From Antechinus flavipes (Eukaryota): a stretch of DNA of 64,000 nt. The translations under genes and the position numbers were made by a program. The notes under the pieces are model-generated. The model searched no databases. It was not told the DNA's origin and worked only from the letters and a program-made list of their open reading frames with translations. The stretch spans positions 724,222,001 to 724,286,000 of the forward strand of contig NC_067398.1 of assembly GCF_016432865.1 (NCBI RefSeq). The letters are read 5' to 3'. Positions 12,143-24,500 of this stretch are shown piece after piece. Position 1 is the first letter of the stretch; each line of letters opens with the position of its first letter.

Positions 12143-13410
12143 TAGTATAAACAAATTAGAAGAACATAGAATAATTTGCTCCTTTGTGACCAAATAAGAA
12201 CTAGAGATCATTATTGATCATACAATAGATAATTTTGATTATATTAAAAAGTTTTTGTACAAACAAAACTAATGCAGGCAAGATTAGAAGGGAAACAATA
12301 AACTGGGAGACATTTTTACATCCAAAAAAGCTGATAAAGGCCTCATTTCTAAAATTTGAGTCAGGAAACTGACTCAAATTTAAACTACTTAAAACCATTC
12401 TCCAATTGATAAATGGTCAAAGGATATGAACAGACAATTTTCAGATGATGAAATTGAAACTATTACCACTCATATGGAAGTGTTCCAAATCACTATTGAT
12501 CAGAGAAATGCAAATTAAGACTACTCTGAGACACCACTACACACCTGTCAGATTGGCTAAGATGACAGGAAAAAATAATGATGAATGCTGGAGAGGGGAT
12601 GTGGGAAACCTGGGACACTGATACATTGTTGGTGGAGTTATGAACGGATCCAGCCACTGTAGAGAACAATTTGTAACTATGCTCAAAAAGTTATCAAACT
12701 GTGCATACCCTTTGAGCCAGCAGTATTTCTACTGGGCTTCTATCCCAAAGAAAGCGTAAAGGACAGAAAAGGACCCACAAGTGCAAAACTGTTGGTGGCA
12801 GTCCTTTCTGTAGTGGCAAAAATCTGGAAACTGAGTGGATGCCCATCAGCTGGGGGATGGCTGAATAAATCATGGTATATAAATGTTATGGAATAGTATT
12901 GTTCTGTAAGAAATGACCAACAGGATGAATACAGAGAGGATTGGCAAGACTTACATGAACTGATGCCAAGTGAAAAGAGCAGATAGGAGATCATTATATG
13001 CAACAAAAAGACAATGACAATAAATTCTGATGGCTGTGGCTCTCTTCAGCATTGAGATGATTCAAACCACTTCCACTTGTGCAGTGACAAAGAGAACTAT
13101 CTACACCCAGAGAGAGAACCATGGGAACAGAGTGTGGAACACAACATAGCATTCTCTTTCTTTCTTTTATTTGCTTGCATTGTTTTTTCTCTCCATTTTT
13201 CTTTTTCTTCCTTCTTGATTGATTTTTCTTGTGCAACAAGATAACTGTAGAAATATGTACATATATTGGATCTAACATGTACTTCAACATGTAACATGTA
13301 TTGGACTACCTGCCAGCAAGGGGCAGGGGTGGGAGAAATCAGGGGAAAATTTGGAACAAAAGGTTTTGCAAGGTCAATGTTGGAAAAAGTATCCATGCAT
13401 ATGCTTTGTA
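12143..13410 (+). mobile_element. 5'-truncated L1 (ORF2 3' end plus 3'UTR)
   Basis: Colinear with ~50900-52150 of the full-length L1; ends with AATAAA. Confidence 0.85.
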
Positions 13411-13419
13411 AATAAAAAG

Positions 13420-14975
13420 CTTCAATATCCAGGCACTGTCAGGATTCCTTTTACTGGACTAAGGGGCTTATACATCACCCAGGATTCGCTACTGTCTGTG
13501 CCCTTCTACAGACTCAGAATTTTCAGTTACAACAAATTGAGAAATTCTTGAATGCTATAGATAAGGTCACTTACCTTGGCAGTTTACTTTTCAGGGAGAC
13601 ATATAGAGCTGATGAAATTAAGGAACCCTAGCCAGTTCAGTGTTTATGAGGCTCCAAAGGAAAGTAAAAGACAAGAGTTCTTAGACTTCCTACCAAACTA
13701 AAGCAGTTGGGTAATGTGGTGGATAGAGCACTGATCCTGGGATCAGGAAAATTCATTTTCATGAGTTCCAATCTGGCCTCAAACACTTAATAGCTGTGTG
13801 ACCCTGGACAAGTCACTTAATGCTGCTTGCTTCAGTTGCCTCATCTGTAACATTGACTGAAGAAGGGAATAATAAACCACTCCGGTAGCTTTGCCAAAAA
13901 AACCCCATCAGGATCACCAAGAGCTAGACAGCTCAATGGCAGCAACAATAAAAACCAAGCTGAAGAGAAATGTTTTCCTAAAACACTATTTTATAGAGAA
14001 CATTCACAAGGCAAGTACTCACACAGTGGTCAAAAGAACCAATACAAAGACAATCTCAAGGTCTCCCTGAAAAACCCTGGAATTGATGGTGAGACATGAG
14101 GCACTGAAAAAGGACTGACCAGCATGTTGTGTCCACTTCAAAAAAGACATCATGCTCTCTGGGAAAACAGAGCTTCAGTAGCCCAGAAGGGAAGTGAGGT
14201 GTGCAAATATAGCGAAATTTCCACTCCAGATGTTCATAGGACTATTTAAGTCTGACTTGTGGTAGAAACTTTCAAGCTCATATAGATCTGCTGAGAAAAA
14301 TATGGGAGAGAAGAGGTGTTGGACTGAACAACAAAGTGAAGGTCTACAGAGCCTTTGTGCTGACCTCAGGGTTGTAGCCTGTGAAACCTGGACAGTATAC
14401 CAGCGCCATGCCCAGAAAGGGAATCGCTTCCATGGAATTGTCTTAAGAAGATTCTGAAGATCACCTGGACTATAACAGACCAGACCTGAGGTCCTTTTTC
14501 AAACTAAACTGCCAAGCTTTCCAACCCTACTCTATAGAGCACAGCTCCATGGCAGGAACAGGTTGTTTGAATGACAAGTTTATGCTTGCCAAAGAGATCA
14601 TTTTATGGAGAAGTCCCACAAGATATACACTCACAAGGTCAGAAAAGGTGACACAAGGGCACTCTCAAGGTCTCTCAAGAACTTTAGAATGTCAATTCTA
14701 TGCCCTGGGAGACAGTGAGACAGGACTGCCCAGCATGGTGTGCCCTCATCAGGGACAGTGCTATGCTCTATAATGAAAACAGAAGTGAATTAGCTCAGAA
14801 GAAACACAAGATGCACAAAGTTAAATGAGCCCCCCAAATGTTCTTTGGGACTCTATGTATCTAATCTGTGGAAAAGCATTCTGAGCACAGGGTGGTCCCG
14901 CAATCAGCCAACTGTAACTGGACTCTAACATGTACTGTCCTTTTAGTCCTTTCAGAGAATAAAGGACACTGAGTG
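13420..14975 (+). mobile_element. RTE-clade LINE 3' fragments (two overlapping/tandem pieces)
   Basis: Similar to 32900-33620; terminal CGKAF-like motif and RTE-type 3' end at ~14950. Confidence 0.7.
13705..13950 (+). mobile_element. MIR-core SINE with RTE-derived tail (Mar1-like)
   Basis: tRNA-like head (gtggatagagcactg), core agctgtgtgaccctggacaagtcacttaa, tail aaaccactcc..tttgccaa. Confidence 0.75.
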
Positions 14976-15867
14976 AAAACACTGGCAATGAGGTTTTTTT
15001 TTTTTTTTTTTTTGACCTTTTCAAGCAATTTGGGGTCTCTTGGATAACTTTTGGGTGCTATTAATAGTTCAATTTTTTTTTTATGACTATAAAGCAAGCT
15101 GTAACATAGGACAAAAATCTGGTCTAAACCCAAGTTGTCAAGCAGAAAAAGAAGGTCACAAAGTTGCTGATAAACTACAAGATGATCTGTGAAGGAGACC
15201 TGTGGATGGTCTGGAAAACACATTGTCTTGTGTCTATATTATGTAAACTGTAGGTCAATATCATGTAGAATTGTAGAACTGTATGTGTGTTTGCAAAAGA
15301 AAAGCTGCCAGTTTGTGAGCAAGGACATAAAAGTTGCATTGATTTAGAAAGGATTTTAGTCCCTTGCATGGGCTATCTGCACACACGTATTCAGTCTACA
15401 TGTATCCATTCTGGAAAATGTTGGTAACAATCTATAAACTTCTACTTGAGATAACTTCTGCCTCCCGATTTATGTAACTGAACAGTCAAATCTACTAGAC
15501 AAGAAAGAAGGAATGGATAATGTGGGGAGCTGAGACAGAAGTGGAGGAGGAAGTGGAAGAGAGAGCTCAACTGGAGACATCTGGGACTAGAAGAAAATGG
15601 CAGTGGGACACAAGGGAAATGACATATTGAGGTGAAATTGAGTCTCTTTGAATAAGTTCATGCCAGAAGCCCCCAGTTACTCTATTAAAGGCATAAGGCA
15701 ATTTTAGGAGAACACCTTGTCCACCATTAAAAACATTTCTACTCAGGGGCCAGTTGGCCTAAGGTTCATGAATCATCTGCACACCTAGACACAAGCCTGC
15801 TGCCCCATCTCCTTCAGCATCTGTGGCTTTCCTATTTACTTCCAGGGATCACACTGGGTTTGGAACC

Positions 15868-16479
15868 TGTAAATCATGTGCAGTGAAAACAATAAAGTAC
15901 TAACAATAGGAATCCCCTTGAATTTGATCCTAGACCTTTGTTCTTCTGGGGGAAATGGAATTGTTTGGAAGGAAAAGAGGGTGGTGGGACTGTTCTATAA
16001 TGTGTCCCGAGGAAGTGGGGGATGGCTTATAGAGCAGGACTGGGCTCAGAAAAGGGGCTTGCCCTGATTTCTGGTTACCTATTGCAGAGGGCGACACATA
16101 ATGGGGAACCCTGGGTGAAGTATAAGACTCTTTAGTCCAGTAAAAGGAATCCTGCTGAAAGGGTCTGGTTCGGTTCCCCAACTCCATTAAGAGCTCTCGG
16201 CCTTCTTGAGAAGGACTGTGACAACCTGTGTTGTAATTAGAGAGATATCAAGTGGCAAAGAGACATCTACACACAATAGCAAGTTGTTTGTACGGTCCTA
16301 CATGTGCAGCATGCTATAGTTATGTAAGGATATTAGGATATGTAAGGCTGAGAGAATTTGAAATAAAGACTCCATGTTTGACCATAAACCAGAGTCCCAT
16401 CCTTTCACTCCTCTTCTAAGAGCAATGATTCAGTTGGTCCCAAGATCCTGCAGAGCTAGTTCAGGCATTGCAATCTACA
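15868..16479 (+). mobile_element. Probable solo LTR
   Basis: TG..CA ends, AATAAA at ~16363, partial copy at ~34240-34345; no TSD seen. Confidence 0.45.
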
Positions 16480-18927
16480 AGTGAAGTTAAGAAGAGAATC
16501 TCAGCGTTGAGAGAAAGGAGGATGGGAGATATGACCTCAAATTCAACACCATCAAACTGAAAGTCTTTTGCTCTATAAAAGAAATACCTTTCCAATGTGA
16601 ACCAGTTACAAAAGAATAAGAAATCTCTGGCCATATGATAACTGTTCAACATTCAGTGCACTCCACATCATTGGGTTGGGGCTCAAATGAGATCATGTGA
16701 AGGGTTATAGGCACAATATAGAATCAGCTACATGCTGATTCCAAATCAATCTCCAGTGTTCTTTCTCCTATATTCCCCTTCATTCCAGGAAGGCTGGTGG
16801 GGAAGAATAATGGAAGATGGCCGACATGTTAAGGAGCCTAATTGAAGGAACAGAACATATCCAGGCCTCAAAAGAAAATTTTAGGTTCATGAGGCATAAG
16901 ATGCCTCCAAGTGTTTGAAGACTGATCATGGAAAGGAAGAAGAGGAAGAATTGATCAAGATGGCAAAGGGTAGATTTCAAGATGACAGAAGAAAATCTTC
17001 CAACAATTAAGAGCTGATCTAAAATGGAATGAGGTGAGGTAAAATGGAGGTGGGGAGGTATCCCTCACTGAGCCTTTAAGTGGAAGCTGACATTGTGTAG
17101 GGGATTCTGAAGCTGGGATTCCCTTTCTAGTACAGATTAAGCTAGATGCCTTTTGAAGTATCTTATAATCCTCCAAGATTGGTTACTTCTTAAGAACAGT
17201 CATTTGTGTCATGTTGGGCTGGTGGGGCCAGTGAAACTGCAAGTCTATAGAAGAGACCTCATGAAGGGGAATTTCTGCCCTGTAAAAGGGCTGGATCTGA
17301 TGCGTTTGCAGTGTCCTTGCATCGCTGGTATTGTTATACATCTCTAATACTCGGTTATTGGGATAGGGTAGTGGAAGTGGGAAAGCAAGGGGATTCCCAA
17401 GTAACTCATGGCCAATGATAGGATTAAGAGATAATCACTGAGGAAAAAGTATACAGGAAGGGTCCAATTCATTATGGTTTGGTGATTGAACAGCTGTTGT
17501 GTAATGATAGAGAACAATGGAGAAATGGCCTGCCTATATGACAACTCCAGATACTATCACAGGAAAAGAGGAAGGGGCTGGAGCCTTGTGGGGAGGAACA
17601 CAGGGAACAGATCAATTCTAGTAATCTGCTCCCCATTGATAGTGTCACCCTTGACTTTACACACTCATTAGCTAAGTCTCCTTTCTGCCTCCATTGATCG
17701 CCTCACAGACCCCCTTCCATTCTGCTATTTTATGTAGACAGTCCTGTTCACTCACCTGAACTTTGTAAGTCTCTTACTATTCAAATCTCCAGGCCCAAAT
17801 CTCTGCCCACTCCAGTTCATCCTCTTCAAGTCACTGAAGTGATTTTCCTATAGCACAGGTACAACTGTCCCACACTACTGCCCCTCTACTTGAAATTCTA
17901 GTGCTCCCTATTTCTTCTACGATCAAATATTTGACTTTCAATGCTCAAATCTACTTTAAAAGCCATCCCTGTATGAGTCTGAAAAGGTCATTTACTTATC
18001 TGGGCATGGTTTCCTCATCTGCAAAACAAGGGGACTAGACTCCAGGAACTCCTTTCAACATCTAGGTCCATGATTTTATAATAATAACATGGGGGCCCAG
18101 CCAACGAGAGCCCCTTCCTTCTGGGCAAACAACGATGAAATAAAACAAGATGATCTCAAAAAGGAAAATGGGGAAGCAAAATGTCAACATCCTAAGGAAC
18201 ATGGAGTCATCTTCTATATTGACTTAGACAACCAGGAGACTAACATCTTTTGTTTTATTGTGTACTTATTTTCATAAATATTTCCAAATTATATTTTAAT
18301 CTGGATCAGCCCACTAGTGTTTTTCTTCCATGATTAAATTAACAAGGTTTTTCTCCATCATGAGTTCTAGAGTATTGAAGATGTGCTTTCATCAGAGGGA
18401 CTTCTTTCCCCCATTAATTATATTCCTAGGATTTCTCTCTGTCATGTATTCTCTGATATCAGGAAAGCCCTGAATTCAGGGTGTAGGCTATCCTCTATTC
18501 AGTGCATTTGGAGTGTTTCTCTCCCGTGTGAATTCTCTGATGTTGAGTCAATGCCATGCTACAGAAAAAGGCTTTCCCACCATTATTGCATTTGAAAGGT
18601 TTCTCTACAGGGTGAATGCTGAAGTGTTGTGTAAGATCTGATTTCCGGCAAAAGATCTTCCCACATTCAGTGCATTCATATGGTCTCTCTCCAGTGTGAA
18701 TACTGCTGTGATTAGTAAGATCAGACTTCTGAGAGAACAGCTTCCCGCACATGCTGCATTGATGAGGTTTTAGTTCCATGTGAGTTCTCTGGGGCTGAGT
18801 CAGGCTGGAGCTAGATCAGAATGTCTTCCCACACTCACTACACTCATAAGGTCTCTCTCCATTTGAGTTCTCTGATGTATAATCAATGCTATGCTCCACA
18901 GAAAGGCTTTCTCCCATTCATTGCATT

Positions 18928-20414
18928 TTAAAAGGCTTCCTTTGCAGTATGAGTGTTGCAGTGCTTTCTGAGTAAGTGTTTCAGGCGGAAGGTCTTCCCA
19001 CATTCAGCGCATTCATGTGGTTTCTCTCCAGTATGAATAGTGCTGTGAGTGTTGAGAGCAGACTTCTGAGTGAACGCCATTCCACATACGCTGCACTGAT
19101 GAGGTTTTACTCCTGCATGAGTTTTCTGGTGCACCCTCAGGCTGGAGTTTGATCGAAATGATTTCCCACACTCACTACATTCATAGGGTCTCTCTCCCGT
19201 GTGAGTTCTCTGATGTATAGTCAGAGTTGTGTTGCAAAGAAAGGCTTTCCCACATTCGGTGCATTTGTAGGGTTTCTCTCCAGTGTGAGTTCTCTGATGG
19301 CGCATCAGCCTTCGGCGCCATGGAAACATTTTCCCACATTCGGTGCATTCATAGGGTTTCTCTCCGGTATGAATTCTCTGATGTCGAATCAGACTTGGGT
19401 GCACAGAAAAGGCTTTCCCACAGTCATTGCATTTAAAAGGTTTTTCTCCAGTGTGAATCCTACAATGATGTATGAGATCTATCTTCTGGTAAAAGGCCTT
19501 TCCACAATCACTGCATTTGAACGGTTTCTCTCCAGTGTGAATTCTGTAGTGCTGGGTAAGATATGCTTTCTTCCGAAAGAACTTTCCACATTGACTGCAT
19601 TCATATGGTTTGTCAAAAGTATGAACACTACTATGATCAGCAAGATTAGACTTCTGAGAGAACGCCTTCCCACATACACTGCACTGATAAGGTTTTAGTC
19701 CCATATGACTGATCCAATGCTCATTCAGGGTGGAGCTTGATCGGAATGTCTTGCCACATTTACTACATTCATAGGGTCTTTCTCCAGTGTGAGTTCTCAG
19801 ATGTCGAATCAGAGTGGAACGCAAAGAAAAGGCTTTCCCACAATCACTGCATTTAAAAGGTTTTTCTCCAGTGTGACTCCTACGATGCTCTATGAGAGTT
19901 CTCTTGTGGAGGAAGGCCTTTCCGCAGTCACTGCATTTGAAATGTTTCTTTCCAGTGTGAATTCTGTAGTGCTGTGTAAGGTTTCCTTGCTTCCAGAAGA
20001 CCTTTCCACATTCACTGCATTGATAGGTTTGTTTTTGACTCTTAATACTGGAATGTTGAGTCAGATCTGCCTTCTGACAGGATGGCTTCTCACATGGAGT
20101 CAATTCAGAGCACTCTTTTCCCACATGAGATCTCTGCTGTAGAGTAAGGACTGGCTTTGGCCTGGAGGTTTGGCTGTATGTACAGGATTCAGAGGCTCTG
20201 ACTTCAACAATAGCTTCTGTTTGGATTTCTTTTCCTCGTCTAAAATGTTTCTTTTCATTATTTTGCTCTTTCTTGAACTTGCCATAATACTGCCAGGCTT
20301 TTCCTACCTCAGAGGTGCAAGGGCTATCCCATAAGGATGTCATTTGGGATAAGTCTTTCATAGAAACACTTAACTTTGGAGTGGACTCTTTGGTCTGAGG
20401 CCTAGTGCCCCCAT
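18928..20414 (-). CDS. KZNF gene A, last exon: spacer plus 13 C2H2 fingers (spliced protein 591 aa)
   Basis: Acceptor tttcag|ATGGGG; open frame; 13 CxxC-x12-HxxxH with TGEKP-type linkers; exon sum 66+127+96+1487=1776 bp, in frame. Confidence 0.95.
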
Positions 20415-21094
20415 CTGAAAGGAAAAGCAGAAATGCTTTTTCATTGGCTGGATAAGCTTTCCTGTACACTTCACTTTCCCCAATATTCCATGTGTTATTA
20501 GCACTAGAAACATTTTCCCACATGAACTGAAATCAATCCTGATGATTTCCACAATTTCTTTGAATTCACCAGGCCTATTCTTTCATATAACCCAAATATT
20601 TTAGTAAATGAACATGCAAAAACTGATGCAGAAAATGTCAAATTAATGAAAACAGACACAACTGTTGCTTCCCATATATCAACAGGAACAAAATAGCTTA
20701 AAGTATTTTTTTAGGAAAATTCTCATCTGAAAATCACTTCTGGGGGAGTCTTGAGAGTGACCATTGGGTCCAAGAGGAAGCTCCGTGTCACTCTTACACT
20801 CTTGGCTTTCCAAAAAGGTAAAAGCAATTCAAAGTTCCACCCACAGAGCAGCAGTACTGCTCATTCAGAAAGCACCAACAGAACTTTAATCATTTCCACC
20901 TGTCCCTAACAAGTGATTTTGGTATAAAAAGGTAATATCATCCAAACAAACTAGAGGAGTGGAGGAAAATTACCTCCAAGATCTATGACTGGAAAAAGGG
21001 TTCAGGACCAAAAAAGGTCATGCCCAGGATCACAAGGAGCCCATTTTCAGGGGATTCTAAGAAAGGTGTCACATACTCTGGCTCACTCACTCAC

Positions 21095-21190
21095 CTAACC
21101 AGCAAGCTCTTGAGACACTATCCATGGGAATTCCATGTGCTCTCCCTGACTCCAGCTGAGAGATCATGTCCCCATTGGACTCCACAAGAC
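21095..21190 (-). CDS. KZNF gene A, KRAB-B exon (96 bp)
   Basis: AG/GT boundaries, phase 1-1; GLVESNGDMISQLESG resembles KRAB-B GL..SKPDVISQLE.G. Confidence 0.9.
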
Positions 21191-21612
21191 CTAGTCATGA
21201 GAAAGTGATAGAAAGGAAGGGTCACCTCACAGCCCAATCTCCAGACCTCTAGGAGCAAGCTTGAAAGGCCTGGAGGGCTGTGCAGGAACATCCAAAAGAC
21301 ATCTGAAGGGGGATCTGGTTTGTTTCTTGGAAAGATGCAGAGATGGGACAAATCAGGGAGTTGGGTTCAGAAAGACAAAGAACTCATTTGGTCCATTCTA
21401 TTCTGAAGTATCTGGGGGCTTTCATGACCCAAATCCTTGCTCTGGGACTTTAACAAGTCTTTCTGGCAAGAAGGAACAGAGTTGGGAGTGGGGTGGGGAT
21501 CAGCCCAGGGAGAAATTAGTTTCCAGACATACAAAGCAACAGCCCTTCACCTAGGACCGGGGAGAACATAAGCACTCTGGCTTTGGCCCCTCTGAAATAA
21601 ACAAGGGTTGGG

Positions 21613-22430
<818 letters not shown>

Positions 22431-23585
22431 CTAGTCAAGGACAGGGAAGGGAGAGGAAGGGCTGATTCTGTTCACGTTTCAGAGAATATATATATATTCA
22501 AAGCAAATTTTTTTCCCCTTGTTTACTTCTTGACTTTTTTTTTATGATATATTATTTGTCCAGGTACAAGGAAAGATGGTTTTCAAAATTCATTTCTGTA
22601 AGATTTTGAGGGCCAAGTTGTTTCTCCCTCTCCCCTTCTCAGGACAACAAGCAATCTCATATAAGTAAAATCTATATAGGACTGAAGATATACAATCAAT
22701 GAGTATTGTTGGGGAAAAACATCAGAATAAAGGGGGAAAAAACCACAAGAAAAAAAGTGAAAATACTACTTTGTTTTGATCCTCTTTCAGTCTCCAGAGA
22801 TTTTTCTCTGAATATGAATGACGATTTCCAACCCAAGTCCATTGGAACTGTCTTGGATCACCACATGGCTGAGAAGAACTAAGTCTGGCCTAGCTGATCA
22901 TTGCACAAATCTGAAAGCAAAGCCTTTAGGATCAGTTACCACATACCTCAGGCTGGGCCAGATCCTCTTTTTCAAGTCAATAAGTATTCAGAGAGGTCTC
23001 CCCCTGGGCCAATCTCTGGGCTAATTCCCCGGGGTACAAAAATTGGTATAAGCAGTCCCTGACTCAGGGAGCTCCCAGTCCACAGGGGGAGACAACAAGC
23101 CCAAGAACAGTCCTGACTGGAGATGGTAAGACACTGAGCAGCTGAGGGGCAGGAGGGGATCTGGGAAAGGCAGGGCTTGAGCTGAAGCTAAAACAATGAG
23201 CCAGAGACTCCAAGAAGGAGTCTGGATGAGGAGAGAAAAGCATTCCAACCAGGGAGGGGGAACCAAGGCAGAAGAGATGGGGGGAGGGAGAAGGAGGGGG
23301 GGGGGGTCATGTGCAAAGAACAGAAACCAGGCCAGTCTGGGTGGACCCCAGGAGGCATGGAGGAGTCACACACTAACATATGGTGAAGGGCAGAAGGGCA
23401 GAAGCAAAGCCATGAATGCAAGTGGAGGATTTTATCTGTGATCCTGGCCCACAAGAAGGGCTCAAACCACTGGGACCTGGTGACTGAAAGGTCTCAGGTG
23501 CCTGAGGGGTGAGAGCTTTGGAGAAAGGGTCTGTCTGCCCTCTAGGACCTAGGACACCTGTCAGGAAGGGGATGGTGCTACTCAC

Positions 23586-23651
23586 CTGGCGGAGCCTAAT
23601 GGTGAGGAACGTAGGGGCCAGGATGGCCCTCCTCTTCCTTGTACCCGGCAT
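23586..23651 (-). CDS. KZNF gene A, coding part of the start exon (exon 23586-23672): MPGTRKRRAILAPTFLTIRLRQ
   Basis: ATG at 23651, donor CAG|GTGAG, phase 0 in frame with KRAB-A. Confidence 0.85.
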
Positions 23652-24500
23652 GTGGGGTCTCTAAAGGCTGAGCTAGAAAGGAACAAGGAGCCATGAACAG
23701 GGTTGGCCTTTTGTCCCTCCCAGCTCCCAAATCTCCCTCTGCTTTGGAGAAGCCCACAGTCCTTCCTGCTCACACAAACCCCAGGGGAAGGCTTGACTAT
23801 TTCCCAAGCTTGGATCAACTAAACCCACATTGATGAAATGCCTACTGCATACCTCCCTGCGCTCTGGGGTGCCAGAAATGGGAGGAACAAAATAAAGTCT
23901 AGATTTTCCCTCCCCTTTAACTTCCCCAGGGCAGTCCTGGAAAACGGCTGGTCATGGGGGGAGGGGACAGACAGTAACACTTGGAAGGAAATGAGGAGAG
24001 GACCTGGGATGGAGATAAGGAGGTGAGATTGAAGCTCCTTTTTTGGGGGGGTGGGAGGTCAGGGGATAGGGTAACTTGAAGATGAATAAGGGAGGAGGGA
24101 ATGTGGGAGCGACAGATCATCCATGTCAATGGGAGGGATTTGGGGACTGGAAGAGGAAAGGGGAGAAAGTGTATGGCTCAGAATGGTGAGTGGTCACCAT
24201 TTGATAAGAAGCTGGAGAGATCTCTAGGGGCAAAGCAAAAGTTGATTGTATGTTCTGGAGAGCAGCAGGAGGCCCTCCCTTGGAGAAAACAATCAGAAAG
24301 AGGCAGCTTTGGGGACAGGGTTGACACTCTCAACAGTCCCTAAAGCAAATATCCCTTCCCCCGCTGACCATCATCCTCACTAGCTGAGGGTCTCACATTC
24401 TAAAGTACACAAGAAAATGATCTTGGCCAATAAGTGCATAGCTGCCCATGTCTGACAGAAGTAGGGAGAAAATGATGCCATGGAAGGAGACCAGGGAGGG

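Noticed and set aside
19201-20142. Antisense ORFs over the ZF exons (also 36745-37689 and 59956-60861)
   Set aside because: Typical stop-poor shadow frames of C2H2 arrays; no independent support
20415-20523. N-terminal extensions of the ZF ORFs in the ORF track (also 38007-38109 and 59404-59458)
   Set aside because: They lie upstream of a clear polypyrimidine-AG acceptor and are intronic
21230-21330. Possible extra coding exon between KRAB-A and KRAB-B
   Set aside because: Stop codon in the required phase, and indels between paralogs
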